A stretch of DNA of 64,000 bases from an uncultured delta proteobacterium (GTDB taxonomy: Bacteria; Desulfobacterota; Desulfobulbia; Desulfobulbales; Desulfocapsaceae). Both the position numbers and the translations under genes were made by a program. Positions 43,669-54,609 of this stretch are shown here, one piece after another (positions within the stretch are counted from its first letter, which is position 1; each line of letters starts with the position of its first letter). The notes under the pieces were generated by a model. That model ran no database searches, had not been told where the DNA came from, and was given only the letters and a program-made list of their open reading frames with translations. The stretch spans positions 107,252 to 171,251 of the forward strand of contig CAWDRB010000007.1 of the NCBI GenBank assembly GCA_963804605.1, written 5' to 3'.

Positions 43669-43722
43669 GATAATTTTTTTACAACTTTCAGGGGATGCAG
43701 TCGGCAATTATCGCGATATGAT
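43669..43722 (+). promoter_or_regulatory. Conserved activator box 1 + -10
   Basis: TACAACTTTCAGGGGATG (43680-43697); TATGAT at 43717. Confidence 0.65.
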
Positions 43723-43825
43723 AAAGACAATATTATAGAAATTATTGGACCTTTACGCGCTGCAATGTTTCGTTGTACATATGCTTTTGCCAGGCCTGTA
43801 ATTCTTGAATAAAGGTGACTCTGCC

Positions 43826-44254
43826 ATGATCTTCAAAATCCTGAGTGCCTGGTGTCTGGTTGCCGCTACGGTAACGATTCATACCTTGGGTCTGGCAATT
43901 GTTCTCGGGACATTTTTTAAATTAGCCAGTGCGAACAATAGTTACCTGAAGTCCGCCTGGCGACTGTGCAGCTTCGCTTGGTGGGTGATAGTGATACACA
44001 TGGTGGAGATAGCAATATGGGGCTTGTTTTACTGGTGGCAGGACTGCTTTCCCGATGCTGAATCGGCCTTCTATTTTGCCGGAGTAACCTACACGACAAT
44101 CGGATATGGTGATCTTCTGCTTTCCCCCGGGTGGCGTATGTTTGGCCCTGTCGAGGGCTTGACGGGTATTTTAATGTGTGGACTGTCTACCGCTGCGTTC
44201 TTTGCTGTGGTGAGTCATCTCCATAAAATGAAAATTGAAGTCGGTAAGCACTGA
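43826..44254 (+). CDS. Potassium-channel-family protein
   Basis: SAFYFAGVTYTTIGYGD selectivity filter. Confidence 0.88.
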   Translation: MIFKILSAWCLVAATVTIHTLGLAIVLGTFFKLASANNSYLKSAWRLCSFAWWVIVIHMVEIAIWGLFYWWQDCFPDAESAFYFAGVTYTTIGYGDLLLSPGWRMFGPVEGLTGILMCGLSTAAFFAVVSHLHKMKIEVGKH

Positions 44255-44323
44255 TACATTCGCAAAAAGTCCTGTTCGAAAAATGAGCAGCTCAGCACTG
44301 CGCGATGATTGAGGAGAAAGACT

Positions 44324-45988
44324 ATGGCGTTGCAAACATTTCTAAAAAGGATCCCTGAAACTTTCAGGACAGATAGTGTAGCCGGGCTCACCGCAGCGGC
44401 TGTGGTATTGCCTAAAGCCATGGCCTATGCAACGGTTGCCGGACTTCCGGTGGAGGTGGGTCTCTATACCGCATTTTTGCCGATGATACTTTACGCACTT
44501 CTCGGCACTTCACGGGTCTTGAACGTAAGTTCCACCGCAACGTTGGCAATCCTGACTGCTGCACAATTAGCAATCACGGTGCCGGATGGGGATCCTGGCC
44601 GGTTGATGACCGCTGCGATCACCCTTGCCGCAATAGTTGGTGTTCTGCTTATACTCGCATCTGTATTGCGTTTGGGTTTTGTGGCAAACTTCATATCCGC
44701 GCCGGTACTCACCGGGTTTAAGGCAGGAATAGGACTCGTCATCGTTTTTGATCAAGTGCCGAAACTGTTTGGTCTGCATATCGAAAAAGCAGGTTTTTTC
44801 CGTGATATAGGCTCCTTGATCCATCACCTGCCGGCAACTTCAATGCTCACTCTGCTGGTAGCCGTGGTGACGCTGCTGATTCTGCTTGGTTTAGAGCGGT
44901 TCTTTAAGCACTCTCCTGCCCCGCTGATCGCGATGGCATCTTGTATCTGTGCCTCCTGGCTGTTTGGGATGCAGGATTATGGTGTTGCCATTGTCGGCAC
45001 AATACCGCAGGGTCTGCCTGGCCTGACAATGCCTGATCTCTCACTGATTGCCGAGCTTGCCCCGGCTGCTCTGGGAATTGCCTTGATGAGCTATACCGAA
45101 ACGATTGCCGCAGGCCGTGCCTTTGCTGTTCAAGGCGAGCCTCCCATTCGTCCCAACAGGGAACTCATCGCCACGGGAGTAGCAAATTTAGGCGGGGCGT
45201 TCCTTGGCTCAATGCCGGCTGGCGGCGGTACTTCGCAAACAGCGGTCGTACGGGCAGTAGGCGGGCGATCACAACTGGCCTCAATGGTGACTGCAGCAAG
45301 CGCTGTGGCGGTAATGCTGCTCTTTGCCCCGGTGCTGGGATTAATGCCCCATGCAACACTTGCCGCAATTGTCATCTTTTATTCAGTAGGATTAATAAAA
45401 CCTGCTGAGTTTATAGCCATCCGCAAAATTCGCACCATGGAGTTTCGCTGGGCCCTGCTGGCATGTCTCGGTGTCTTGATCTGGGGTACCCTGCATGGCA
45501 TAGTCGTTGCCATAATCGTCTCGCTCATCGCCTTGGCCGCCCAGACCGCCCACCCTCGAGTGTCGCTTATTGGCCGGAAACGGGGTACGGACGTTTTGCG
45601 GCCGTTTGCCCCGGAGCATCAGGACGATGAGACGTTCGGCGAGCTTTTAATTCTTCGGCCGGAAGGGAGAATATTTTTCATCAATGCGCCCTATATAGCT
45701 GAAAAAATGCGGGAATTGGTTTCCCAGCACAAGCCTCGTGTAGTGGTGTTGGATATGAGCAGAGTACCTGACATTGAATATTCGGCCTTACAGATGCTCA
45801 TTGAGGGGGAAAAAAACACTGCCAAAGATGGTTTTACCCTGTGGCTTGCCGGATTGAACCCAGATGCACTCGGGGTTGTCCGTCGATCAGGGCTTGCCGA
45901 TCAGCTCGGTGAAGACCGGTTATTGTTTAATGCCCGTGAAGCTATCAAACAATTTCAGCTGCAGCGAGAAATCATCACCGAGCAGTAA
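44324..45988 (+). CDS. SulP/SLC26 anion transporter with STAS domain
   Basis: DSVAGLT..PKAMAYA..GLYTA, NRELIATGVAN, STAS VVLDMSRVPDI. Confidence 0.92.
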   Translation: MALQTFLKRIPETFRTDSVAGLTAAAVVLPKAMAYATVAGLPVEVGLYTAFLPMILYALLGTSRVLNVSSTATLAILTAAQLAITVPDGDPGRLMTAAITLAAIVGVLLILASVLRLGFVANFISAPVLTGFKAGIGLVIVFDQVPKLFGLHIEKAGFFRDIGSLIHHLPATSMLTLLVAVVTLLILLGLERFFKHSPAPLIAMASCICASWLFGMQDYGVAIVGTIPQGLPGLTMPDLSLIAELAPAALGIALMSYTETIAAGRAFAVQGEPPIRPNRELIATGVANLGGAFLGSMPAGGGTSQTAVVRAVGGRSQLASMVTAASAVAVMLLFAPVLGLMPHATLAAIVIFYSVGLIKPAEFIAIRKIRTMEFRWALLACLGVLIWGTLHGIVVAIIVSLIALAAQTAHPRVSLIGRKRGTDVLRPFAPEHQDDETFGELLILRPEGRIFFINAPYIAEKMRELVSQHKPRVVVLDMSRVPDIEYSALQMLIEGEKNTAKDGFTLWLAGLNPDALGVVRRSGLADQLGEDRLLFNAREAIKQFQLQREIITEQ

Positions 45989-45991
45989 ACG

Positions 45992-48196
45992 ATGGCGGGA
46001 GCAGACGATAATGACGCCAGCAAAATGAGTAAGATCACCAAGCTTAAAGAAGCAATCAAGACAGCCCTGGCTTTTGCCCTGGTTTTCGGCATCGCTCTTC
46101 AGGCCGGCTGGATGAACCCGTACTGGGCCGGCTGGGCTGTGGCAGTGGTCGCACTGCCCACGGCAGGGGCTTCGATCCAGAAGGGTATGCTTCGGGTGCT
46201 GGGAACGATCCCTGGTTGTGTTGCAGCCCTGGTCATTCATGCCCTGGCGGTGCAGGACCGCTGGACCTTCATGCTGCTTACCTGTGGCTGGATGTTTTTT
46301 ACCACGTATATGATGGTCCGCAAGGAAAAGGACTCCTATTTCTGGATTATGGCCGGGTACGTCTGTCTGATGATCCTTCTCTCAGATGTGGATTCGTCGG
46401 CGAACATGTTTGAGAGTGCGGTGTTTCGTAACGTTGAGACGGTAATGGGCGTTGTAGTCTATACCTTGATTGCGGTCTTTTTATGGCCACAGACGAACCT
46501 GGGCGCGATACAAAGACACAGCGCTGAGCTGGCGGCGACCCTTGGCGATATCTACCGCTCCGGTCGGGACACCCTGCTCGGCCAAGGGGGGACGGAGGTC
46601 AGCTTTCAGGAACTGCAAGGCAAAGCCGTCCAGCAGCTGTCCCAGTTTGGCCAGGTCCTTCATGCCGAAGGCTCGGAGAGCTACGAGGTTAATGAGGTTC
46701 GTCATCTATGGGAGCGCTTCCAGGGATTGTCTTCGGCACTGCTTGAGAATGCGGGGCGGTGGCAGTCCGGTTTTGCCGAACTTTCCCGAATGGACCTGCA
46801 GGTGGTCATGCCCGGGTTGCAATCCTTTTTTAATGAGCTTGATTCTCGCTTTTCTGCTCTGCCCCAGGTGCTTGATGGACGGTCATCGGCGTATCTCATT
46901 CACCCGGTTGACCTGGAGGTTGATCCTGTTGCGGCTGAAGGTCTGAGCGGTTTCGATCGTGCGGCTGCTGAAGTCGTCAAAAAAGAGATGCTGCAACTGG
47001 AGTCACTTACCGCAGCACTGCTCGAATGCGCTAGTGAACTGCAGGGCAATGCTGCCGACAGCAGCGAGAGAAAGACGATGGCAATTCCTGGCATGAGGAC
47101 TCGGGAGACATCGCTTCCTGTCCCCGATTGGGACCACCTGCGCAGCGCTGCATTTGTTGCCGTTACCACCGGTGCAGGGTTTCTTGTCTGGATTTTCTTT
47201 GATCCGCCGGGGCATTCCGGATGGTTCCAGGTGACCGGCACCATCGCCCTGCTGGTCGCTGCCGTTCCATCATTGCGGGCGAGCCGGATGATCGCCCCGG
47301 TCGCGGTGACCTCGGCTGTGTGTCTGGCGATCTACACCCTGGTCATGCCGCAGTTGTCGACCTTTCTCGGACTCGGTTCACTGCTGTTCATTGTTATGTT
47401 TTTGAACTGCTACTTCCTCACCGGCATGGCCCGGTTTTTCTGCAGCATGGCAATTCTCAACATGCTGCAGATACAGAATCAGCAGATCTACAGCTTTGCG
47501 GTGATGGTCAACGTGTTCATCTTCCTGGTGATGAGCTTCACCTTTCTCTTCGTCATGTCCTATCTGCTGGGTTCGCCGCGGCCTGAAAAAGTAATGGTGC
47601 AGCTGCTTGACCGGTTCTTCCGCAGCGCCCAGTTTCTCATGTCGAAAAAGGCGCCGGAAACCCGGCGGTTTTCTTTTATGGAGCGCTGGCGAATCGCTTT
47701 TCACCGGCGGCAGTTACGTTCTCTGCCGACAAAACTTGGCACCTGGGGCAAGGCGATTGACCTCAATCACTTTCCCGGCAACCCGCCCGAACAGATCCAG
47801 GCTCTGGTGGCCAGTATTCAGGCCCTGGTCTACCGAATCGAACAGTTTCTTGAGACCAGTGTCGTTTACCGGTCAGAACCGCTCTCTCTTGAGCTGCGTG
47901 AGGATGTAAAAACGTGGCATGCCGGTATTGAAAAAACCTTTGCCAGATGGTCGCGGACCCCTGAGGCCGAACCGGTTGCAGCACTCAGACAGCGTCTTGA
48001 TCCGGGCTTCATCCGCCTTGAACAACAGATAGCGACGGCCATCAACCGGGATGGTGGAGAGGTGGGTCGGCAAGAGAGGGAGGATTTCTTTCGATTGCTC
48101 GGCGGATATCGTGGCATCTCGGAGGCTGCCCTGGTCTACGCCGGGGCCGCGCAGGTGATTAATTGGGACCATTGGCGGGAGGAACGATTTTCATGA
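45992..48196 (+). CDS. FUSC-family inner-membrane efflux subunit
   Basis: AIKTALA, PYWA, KGMLRVLGT, two TM clusters. Confidence 0.85.
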   Translation: MAGADDNDASKMSKITKLKEAIKTALAFALVFGIALQAGWMNPYWAGWAVAVVALPTAGASIQKGMLRVLGTIPGCVAALVIHALAVQDRWTFMLLTCGWMFFTTYMMVRKEKDSYFWIMAGYVCLMILLSDVDSSANMFESAVFRNVETVMGVVVYTLIAVFLWPQTNLGAIQRHSAELAATLGDIYRSGRDTLLGQGGTEVSFQELQGKAVQQLSQFGQVLHAEGSESYEVNEVRHLWERFQGLSSALLENAGRWQSGFAELSRMDLQVVMPGLQSFFNELDSRFSALPQVLDGRSSAYLIHPVDLEVDPVAAEGLSGFDRAAAEVVKKEMLQLESLTAALLECASELQGNAADSSERKTMAIPGMRTRETSLPVPDWDHLRSAAFVAVTTGAGFLVWIFFDPPGHSGWFQVTGTIALLVAAVPSLRASRMIAPVAVTSAVCLAIYTLVMPQLSTFLGLGSLLFIVMFLNCYFLTGMARFFCSMAILNMLQIQNQQIYSFAVMVNVFIFLVMSFTFLFVMSYLLGSPRPEKVMVQLLDRFFRSAQFLMSKKAPETRRFSFMERWRIAFHRRQLRSLPTKLGTWGKAIDLNHFPGNPPEQIQALVASIQALVYRIEQFLETSVVYRSEPLSLELREDVKTWHAGIEKTFARWSRTPEAEPVAALRQRLDPGFIRLEQQIATAINRDGGEVGRQEREDFFRLLGGYRGISEAALVYAGAAQVINWDHWREERFS

Positions 48197-48405
48197 ACAG
48201 TATTCCCAGTGAATTTGCGGTCGGTGGGATATACCTGCCGCCCCTGCTGGTTGCCGGCTGTCTTGGCGTTTTATTGGCTTACTGGACAGCGGGTTTACTG
48301 AATCGATACCGGCTGTCGCGGTATTTCTTTTATCCGCCGCTGGTCTTCCTGGCATTGTCTATTATTTATTCCATTCTCATTGGAACCTACGTGGTAAGGA
48401 TCTAG
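48193..48405 (+). CDS. DUF1656 (AaeX-like) small membrane protein
   Basis: EFAVGGIYLPPLL, FFYPPLVFLAL. Confidence 0.85.
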   Translation: MNSIPSEFAVGGIYLPPLLVAGCLGVLLAYWTAGLLNRYRLSRYFFYPPLVFLALSIIYSILIGTYVVRI

Positions 48406-48408
48406 CAG

Positions 48409-49521
48409 ATGAAAACATTTCTGAGATATGCCCTGACCGGAGTCGTTGTCCTCACCGCTGCAGGCTTGATACTTGTTAAATATTGGGATCTGGTCGTCAA
48501 CCCCTGGACTCGTGACGGCCAGGTCCGTGCCGATGTCATTCAGATCACCCCGCGGGTGTCCGGCCCCATCGTCAAACTGGCTGTAAAAGACAACCAGTTC
48601 GTCAAGACTGGAGATTTGCTCTTGGAAATCGATCCGCGAACCTTCCAGGCAAGTCTGGACCAGGCTCGGGCCAATTTTGATAAAATCGGCGATAATTATA
48701 TTGTTCAGGAAAAACAGGTCGATGCGGCAAAAGAGCAGGTCAACAGTTCGCAGGCTCAAGTGCTGCAGGCGCAAAGCGGCATCAAGGAAATCGATTCAAC
48801 AATTACTAAAAACAAGGCGGAACTGCAACGCCAGTTGCAATTGGAACGACAGCGGGCGACTTCGCAGCGCATGGTGGAGTATGCCAAGGCAAACTATGAG
48901 GTTTCATTGGAAAAGCGCCGAGGAGCCGAGGCGAGTCTGGCCCAGGCCAGGGCGGCTCTGGGAAAAGCGGAAGCGTCATTGGCGGAGGCCCAGGCCAATC
49001 TCGGGGCCTTTGGCGATGCCAATCCCAGTGTCCGGGAGGCCAGATCCGCTGTTCGTCAGGCAGAATTAAACCTTGAGTTCACCGGAGTCCGTGCGCCGGT
49101 GGACGGGTATGTGACCAACCTGAACCTGCGGCTGGGAAGCCATGCCGTCGCCAACCAGCCGGCGCTGGCGCTGGTCGATGTCAACAGCTATTGGGTGCAT
49201 GGCTTCTTTAAGGAAACGCAGATCGCAAGAATTGGTCAAGGAAACAAGGCCGTCGTTACCTTAATGAGCTACCCGAAAGCACCTCTTGAAGGATATGTGG
49301 ACAGTATCGGATGGGGGATCGCGCAAAAAGATGGCAGTACCGGCTACAACCTGCTGCCCAATGTCAGCCCGACGTTCGAATGGATTCGGCTGGCCCAGCG
49401 GCTGCCGGTGCGTATCCATCTGACAAAAGTGCCGGAAGGCGTGGCGCTGCGCGTTGGCACGACCGCTTCGGTAATGGTGATGACGGATTCCGCAACCCCG
49501 CATGCGAGTGAATCGAAATGA
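48409..49521 (+). CDS. HlyD-family adaptor (AaeA/MdtN-like)
   Basis: PWTRDGQVRA, PTFEWIRLAQRLPVRI. Confidence 0.9.
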   Translation: MKTFLRYALTGVVVLTAAGLILVKYWDLVVNPWTRDGQVRADVIQITPRVSGPIVKLAVKDNQFVKTGDLLLEIDPRTFQASLDQARANFDKIGDNYIVQEKQVDAAKEQVNSSQAQVLQAQSGIKEIDSTITKNKAELQRQLQLERQRATSQRMVEYAKANYEVSLEKRRGAEASLAQARAALGKAEASLAEAQANLGAFGDANPSVREARSAVRQAELNLEFTGVRAPVDGYVTNLNLRLGSHAVANQPALALVDVNSYWVHGFFKETQIARIGQGNKAVVTLMSYPKAPLEGYVDSIGWGIAQKDGSTGYNLLPNVSPTFEWIRLAQRLPVRIHLTKVPEGVALRVGTTASVMVMTDSATPHASESK

Positions 49522-49581
49522 GAGAACAAGCTTTGAATCCCATGCAGCTGTGCGACAGAAATTCCATCAGGATGAGTAAAA

Positions 49582-51063
49582 ATGAGGCATGGTGCGGCAT
49601 ATCTGTGCTCGTTTGTTTTCTGGCTTCTCTTCATGAACGGCTGTGCCGTGGGGCCCGATTATACCGCACCGGTGGTCAATGTTCCTTCTGGTTGGAGCGA
49701 AGTCGATACATCACTCACCAGCCCTTCACCGTCCCCTGATCCAAGGTGGTGGAGAATCGCTTTTCAGGACCCCGAGCTGGACCAACTCGTCGAGGAGGCT
49801 CTTGGGCAGAACCTGACTCTGCGGTCAGCTGGACTGAGAGTATTACAGGCGCAGCAGCTGCTGGCCATTTCAGTCGGCTATCAGTTTCCCCAGCAACAGC
49901 AGCTGTCCGGATCGGCCTCGCGGCAGAAGCAGAACGCAACAACCTTTAACAACTTCAGTCTTGGGTTCAATGTCGGCTGGGAGATCGATTTCTGGGGACG
50001 GTTCAGTCGGCAGGTTGAATCGAGTTCGGCGGACCTGGATGCCAGTGTCGCCGGTTACGACGGGGTCGTGATTTCCCTGGTCGGGCAGGTGGCCCAGACA
50101 TATATCCTCTTTCGCACCTATCAGGAAGAAGTGGATGTAATCAGAAACAATATCCGGCTCCAGGAAGAGAGCCTGCGGATTGCCCGGGCCAATGCCGAGG
50201 CCGGTGCGGTTACTGAACTGGACGTGAAGCAGGGGGAAGTTCTGGTGAATGCCACCAGGGCCTCGCTGGCAAAGATTGAAATCCCATTGCAGCAGGCCAA
50301 AAATTCACTTGGCGTTCTTCTCGGAAAATCTCCTCAAGATATGAATCACCTGCTTGATGAAAAACGCGCCATTCCCACAGTGCGGGAGAGAATAGCTCTG
50401 GGGATGCCGCAGGATTTGATCAGGCGGCGCCCCGACCTGCGCATTGCCGAGCGCCAACTCGCCTCCCAGTGCTCCCAGATCGGGGTCTCCCTGACCGAGC
50501 TCTATCCGCATCTCTCCATCGGTGGATCGATTGGCACGAGTGCTCGAAATACTGGTGATCTTTTCCATAACAACAGCGAAACCTGGAGTGCTTTTGGCGG
50601 TTTTGCCTGGAATATTTTCAATTATGGCCGCCTCACAAGCAACGTCAGGCTGCAGGACGCCCTTTTTCAGCAGCTGCTGGTGGACTATCGCGAGACGGTT
50701 TTGCAGGCTGAGGCTGAGGTGGAAAATGCCATTGTCGCTCACTTGAAATCCCAGGAACAACTGGTTTCGTATGCAATTGCCGAGCAGGCAGCGCAGCGCG
50801 CCGTGGACATTTCCACTGCCCAGTATCAGGAAGGCCTGGTACCTTACGATACGGTCATCAACACTTTGTCGGCCCATCTGCAGCAACAGAGCCAGCTGGC
50901 GGTGACTCGCGGAGATGTTGCTACCAGTCTCGTTCAGGTGTTCAAGTCTTTGGGTGGTGGTTGGGAAATCCGCGAGGACAGGGATCCAGTCGATCTTCTG
51001 CCCTCTGCAATGAAGGATGAGATGCGCAACAGGACCAAACTATGGCAAGGCACACTGCAGTGA
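49582..51063 (+). CDS. NodT/TolC-family outer-membrane efflux lipoprotein
   Basis: GCAVGPDY lipobox, WEIDFWG, RRPDLRIAER, KSLGGGW. Confidence 0.92.
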   Translation: MRHGAAYLCSFVFWLLFMNGCAVGPDYTAPVVNVPSGWSEVDTSLTSPSPSPDPRWWRIAFQDPELDQLVEEALGQNLTLRSAGLRVLQAQQLLAISVGYQFPQQQQLSGSASRQKQNATTFNNFSLGFNVGWEIDFWGRFSRQVESSSADLDASVAGYDGVVISLVGQVAQTYILFRTYQEEVDVIRNNIRLQEESLRIARANAEAGAVTELDVKQGEVLVNATRASLAKIEIPLQQAKNSLGVLLGKSPQDMNHLLDEKRAIPTVRERIALGMPQDLIRRRPDLRIAERQLASQCSQIGVSLTELYPHLSIGGSIGTSARNTGDLFHNNSETWSAFGGFAWNIFNYGRLTSNVRLQDALFQQLLVDYRETVLQAEAEVENAIVAHLKSQEQLVSYAIAEQAAQRAVDISTAQYQEGLVPYDTVINTLSAHLQQQSQLAVTRGDVATSLVQVFKSLGGGWEIREDRDPVDLLPSAMKDEMRNRTKLWQGTLQ

Positions 51064-51149
51064 TGATCGAGATGATGGCCATGGAATTTGATGAATAATC
51101 AGGAAAATCTTTACCCAAATTAACTAATGGAAGAAAAGAGAGGTTGCGT

Positions 51150-52166
51150 ATGGCGACATTAAGCGAGCATCTTCATGGGGGCATAGTCGGTGATAGAGAT
51201 ATCAAGCGGGTGCGCGAGTCTCTGCTGTTTGAGGAACCCGAAAGACAGCGTAAGCTCATTCGGTTTTTCTGCCTCTTGATCCTCGCCACTGCGATCGCTA
51301 CATTCGGGCTGCTGGCGGACTCCGTCGCGACTGTCATCGGAGCGATGATCGTCGCCCCACTCATGCTGCCCATCATGGGCGTCGCCTTCGGCGTTGGCCT
51401 CGGCGATCGAAAGATCATTCTTAGTTCGCTCATCATTTCGATTTTAGGCATCGCCACTGCAGTTGGCCTGGGCTTCCTGATCACCTGGGGGTTCCGCAAT
51501 CTGATCAACATTGAGACCAACACCCAGGTTATTAATCGTACCGCCCCGCGGCTCATCGATCTATTGGCAGCCTTGGCCACGGGGCTCGCCGGCGCTTTTG
51601 CCACCGGGCGGAGAGATATTTCGGATACCCTTCCGGGGGTAGCCATCGCAATTTCCCTGGTGCCTCCCCTGGCGAACGTGGGAATTCTGCTCGCCTCCAA
51701 TAGAGTGGATCTGGCTACAGGCAGTCTGTTGCTCTTTGTCACAAATTACCTGGCGATTCTCTTGACCGGCGCCTTCATGTTTTCGATGATGGGATATCCC
51801 AAGGCTTACCACGCGCATCATTCCTTGCGCACCAAGCGGACCGCAGTCGCCTTCGCCGCCATTTTATTCGCCTTGATCCTCATTCCTCTGTCAGCCTCGA
51901 GCTACAAAACCATCCAGGGCAATCTCATTGAACACCGTGTCACGGTTGCCACCAAAAACTGGCTGGCGAACAGCGACTACCGGCTCGTCACTGTTTATGC
52001 CGGGACCGAAGAGGTACGGATTGTCATCACCGGTGAAGGGGATCTTCCACCAGACGAGGAACTGCAAGGTGCACTGCAGGGCCGGCTTTTTGAGTTGCCT
52101 GTCACCATGGAAATCGTTCCTCAGATCAAGACCAAGTTCAAGACGGTTAAGGCTGGCAATCAATAG
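51150..52166 (+). CDS. DUF389 membrane protein
   Basis: VIGAMIVAPLMLPI, LPGVAIAISLVPPL. Confidence 0.88.
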   Translation: MATLSEHLHGGIVGDRDIKRVRESLLFEEPERQRKLIRFFCLLILATAIATFGLLADSVATVIGAMIVAPLMLPIMGVAFGVGLGDRKIILSSLIISILGIATAVGLGFLITWGFRNLINIETNTQVINRTAPRLIDLLAALATGLAGAFATGRRDISDTLPGVAIAISLVPPLANVGILLASNRVDLATGSLLLFVTNYLAILLTGAFMFSMMGYPKAYHAHHSLRTKRTAVAFAAILFALILIPLSASSYKTIQGNLIEHRVTVATKNWLANSDYRLVTVYAGTEEVRIVITGEGDLPPDEELQGALQGRLFELPVTMEIVPQIKTKFKTVKAGNQ

Positions 52167-52187
52167 GTGCGTCATCTACCCGCCATT

Positions 52188-52241
52188 ATACCTCTTTTAC
52201 AACTTTTGGGTGATGGCACCATCAACTCGTAAAAGTAGAAT
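52188..52241 (+). promoter_or_regulatory. Conserved activator box 2 + -10
   Basis: TTTTACAACTTTTGGGTGATG (52195-52215); TAGAAT at 52236. Confidence 0.75.
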
Positions 52242-52304
52242 GAAGCTCAAATTCTGACTATCTCTTAGAAATTCAACGTTGATTGAATTTTTTCTTTTTA
52301 TACT

Positions 52305-54599
52305 ATGGAGGCTTTTATGAAGCTTGACAGGCGCACATTTTTAAAAATCGCCGGCATTGGCGGCGCGTATTGCTCCTTAAGTCATGCAATACCTGGGACA
52401 CTTGCCACACTCTATGCTGCACCCTTAGAAGGAAAAGCAGGAGAGGTGAAGAGCATTTGTGAAATGTGTTCGACGCGGTGTCCTATTTCCGCCAGAATAG
52501 TAAATAATAAAAATGTTTCCATTAGTGGCAATAACAAAGCAGAACCCTACGGTGGCAGCGTCTGTGCACGGGGAGGTTCCGGCCACAGTCTGCTCTATGA
52601 TCCTGATCGTCTGGTAAAACCAATAAAACGGGTGGGAGAGCGCGGTGAGGGTAAGTGGCAGGAAATCAGCTGGGAGGAAGCGTATTCTGAGATAGCGGCT
52701 AAACTCCTTGAGATAAAAGAGCAACATGGCCCTGAGGCGGTGGTCTTCTCCTCGAAGGCGGGTTCACAGGATAAGGATTTGTTTTATCTGGCCAATGCCT
52801 ACGGTTCGCCCAATACCTTCACTCATATTTCAACCTGTCCCGGCGGGCCGTATGTTGCGGGTAAGGCCATGTTCGGTAGAGCACCCCTCAAGCTCGATGT
52901 TGGCAATTCCAGGTATATCGTCAATTTTGGCCATAATTTATACGAAGGAATCGAGATGGCGGAAACCCGGGCGATGATGCATGCCCAGGTCGATAAAAAG
53001 GCCAAGCTTGTCGTCTTTGAGCCTCGATTCTCTATTGTTGCCGACAAAGCTGATGAATGGTTTGCCATCAAACCCGGCACGGATGTGGCAATAGCCCTGG
53101 CCATGTGTCATGTGATGATCAGGGACAATCTGGCCGATCTCGATTTTGTTGCCGAATATGTGGAAGGATATGACGCATTTGTCGATGAGGTGAAGAACTA
53201 CACCCCCGAGTGGGCAGAAAAGATAAGTGATGTCAAAGCTGCTGATATTGTACGGATAACCCACGAGCTTGCCGCCCATGCACCCCATGCACTGGTTGAT
53301 TTTGGTCACCGCTCGACATTTTCCACGGAAGAATTCGAACTCCGGCGGGCTCTTTTTGCAATTAATGTGTTGATGGGCAATATCGAACGGGAAGGTGGCT
53401 TGTTTTTTGGTGTGAATGCAAAAGCATATAATGAATTGGCAGGAGAGCATATCGCACCGGAACTGGCTAATCCGAACGTAAAATTGCCGGCAATACAAAC
53501 AGAACGTATTGACCAGGTCGATAAGCAGTTTTCTCTCATATGGTCACTTGGTGGTATATATCAAAGTGTTCTGGATGCGGCACTCGAATCCAAGCCGTAT
53601 CAGCTCAAGGGCTGGGTTATTACCCGATCCAATCCAATGCAGACCATGACCGATCGCACCAAGGTGGAAAAAGTTTTAAAAGCTATGGATCTGGTTGTCG
53701 TCTGTGATGTCTATATTTCCGAGACGGCTGCTTTTGCCGACATCGTCCTGCCTGAATCAACCTATCTGGAACGAGAGGAAGCTATTTTTGATTATTATGC
53801 AAAATCGCCATCCTATTGTATTCGCCAGCCGGTTGTAAAAACCATTGGGGATACCAAACCCTGCTGGCAAATATGGCGGGAACTGGCAGTAAAAATGGGG
53901 CTCGGAGAATACTACAAGTGGAACAATATGGCAGACTTCCAGCTTGCTCAGTTAAACGGTGATAAAGCAGAATTTGCCCGGTTGAAGCAGGATGGCTGGT
54001 TGGATTATGGGGATGCGCCTCTTTTGCTCAGAGAGAAAAAAATGGTTGCGGCTTTTACCAAAAGGTACGCCAATGCCCGTGTCCCTGACAGTGACGGGAC
54101 CTATACCAGCGCTTTGCAGTTTCCTACTCCGAGCGGCAAGATAGAACTGACATCAGCGCATGTCGAAGAGATGGCGCCGGGACGCGGCGTCATTCGTTAC
54201 CGCGAGGTAAAATTCAAAAGAGATGACGAGCTGTTTTTTCTTCAGGGTAAAGTCGCCGTACACACCAATGGTGCAACCCACAACATTCCTTTTCTCCATA
54301 ACCTTATGCCTGAATCTAGCTTGTGGATTCATCCAGACACTGCCCAAAAGCTGAATATCAAGACTGGCGACAATATTCGTATTTTTAATGCACTTGGCAG
54401 CGAAGAGGGGATTGCTCTTGTAACGCCTGGAATTCGCGCGGATACAGTGTTTGCCTATATGGGATTTGGCTCAAAAAACAAAGAGCTGAAACGGGCGTAT
54501 AATCGCGGCATCCATTGTGGACATCTGCTGCCGGATGTAACTGCTCCTGTTTGCGGCATGAGTCTCCACACCACCGGCGTTACAGTGCAGAAGGCATAA
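52305..54599 (+). CDS. phsA: Thiosulfate/polysulfide reductase molybdopterin subunit (PhsA/PsrA)
   Basis: Tat signal DRRTFLK, CEMCSTRC..C FeS motif, THISTCPG Mo ligand region; start may be 52317. Confidence 0.9.
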   Translation: MEAFMKLDRRTFLKIAGIGGAYCSLSHAIPGTLATLYAAPLEGKAGEVKSICEMCSTRCPISARIVNNKNVSISGNNKAEPYGGSVCARGGSGHSLLYDPDRLVKPIKRVGERGEGKWQEISWEEAYSEIAAKLLEIKEQHGPEAVVFSSKAGSQDKDLFYLANAYGSPNTFTHISTCPGGPYVAGKAMFGRAPLKLDVGNSRYIVNFGHNLYEGIEMAETRAMMHAQVDKKAKLVVFEPRFSIVADKADEWFAIKPGTDVAIALAMCHVMIRDNLADLDFVAEYVEGYDAFVDEVKNYTPEWAEKISDVKAADIVRITHELAAHAPHALVDFGHRSTFSTEEFELRRALFAINVLMGNIEREGGLFFGVNAKAYNELAGEHIAPELANPNVKLPAIQTERIDQVDKQFSLIWSLGGIYQSVLDAALESKPYQLKGWVITRSNPMQTMTDRTKVEKVLKAMDLVVVCDVYISETAAFADIVLPESTYLEREEAIFDYYAKSPSYCIRQPVVKTIGDTKPCWQIWRELAVKMGLGEYYKWNNMADFQLAQLNGDKAEFARLKQDGWLDYGDAPLLLREKKMVAAFTKRYANARVPDSDGTYTSALQFPTPSGKIELTSAHVEEMAPGRGVIRYREVKFKRDDELFFLQGKVAVHTNGATHNIPFLHNLMPESSLWIHPDTAQKLNIKTGDNIRIFNALGSEEGIALVTPGIRADTVFAYMGFGSKNKELKRAYNRGIHCGHLLPDVTAPVCGMSLHTTGVTVQKA

Positions 54600-54609
54600 G
54601 GAGGATTGA

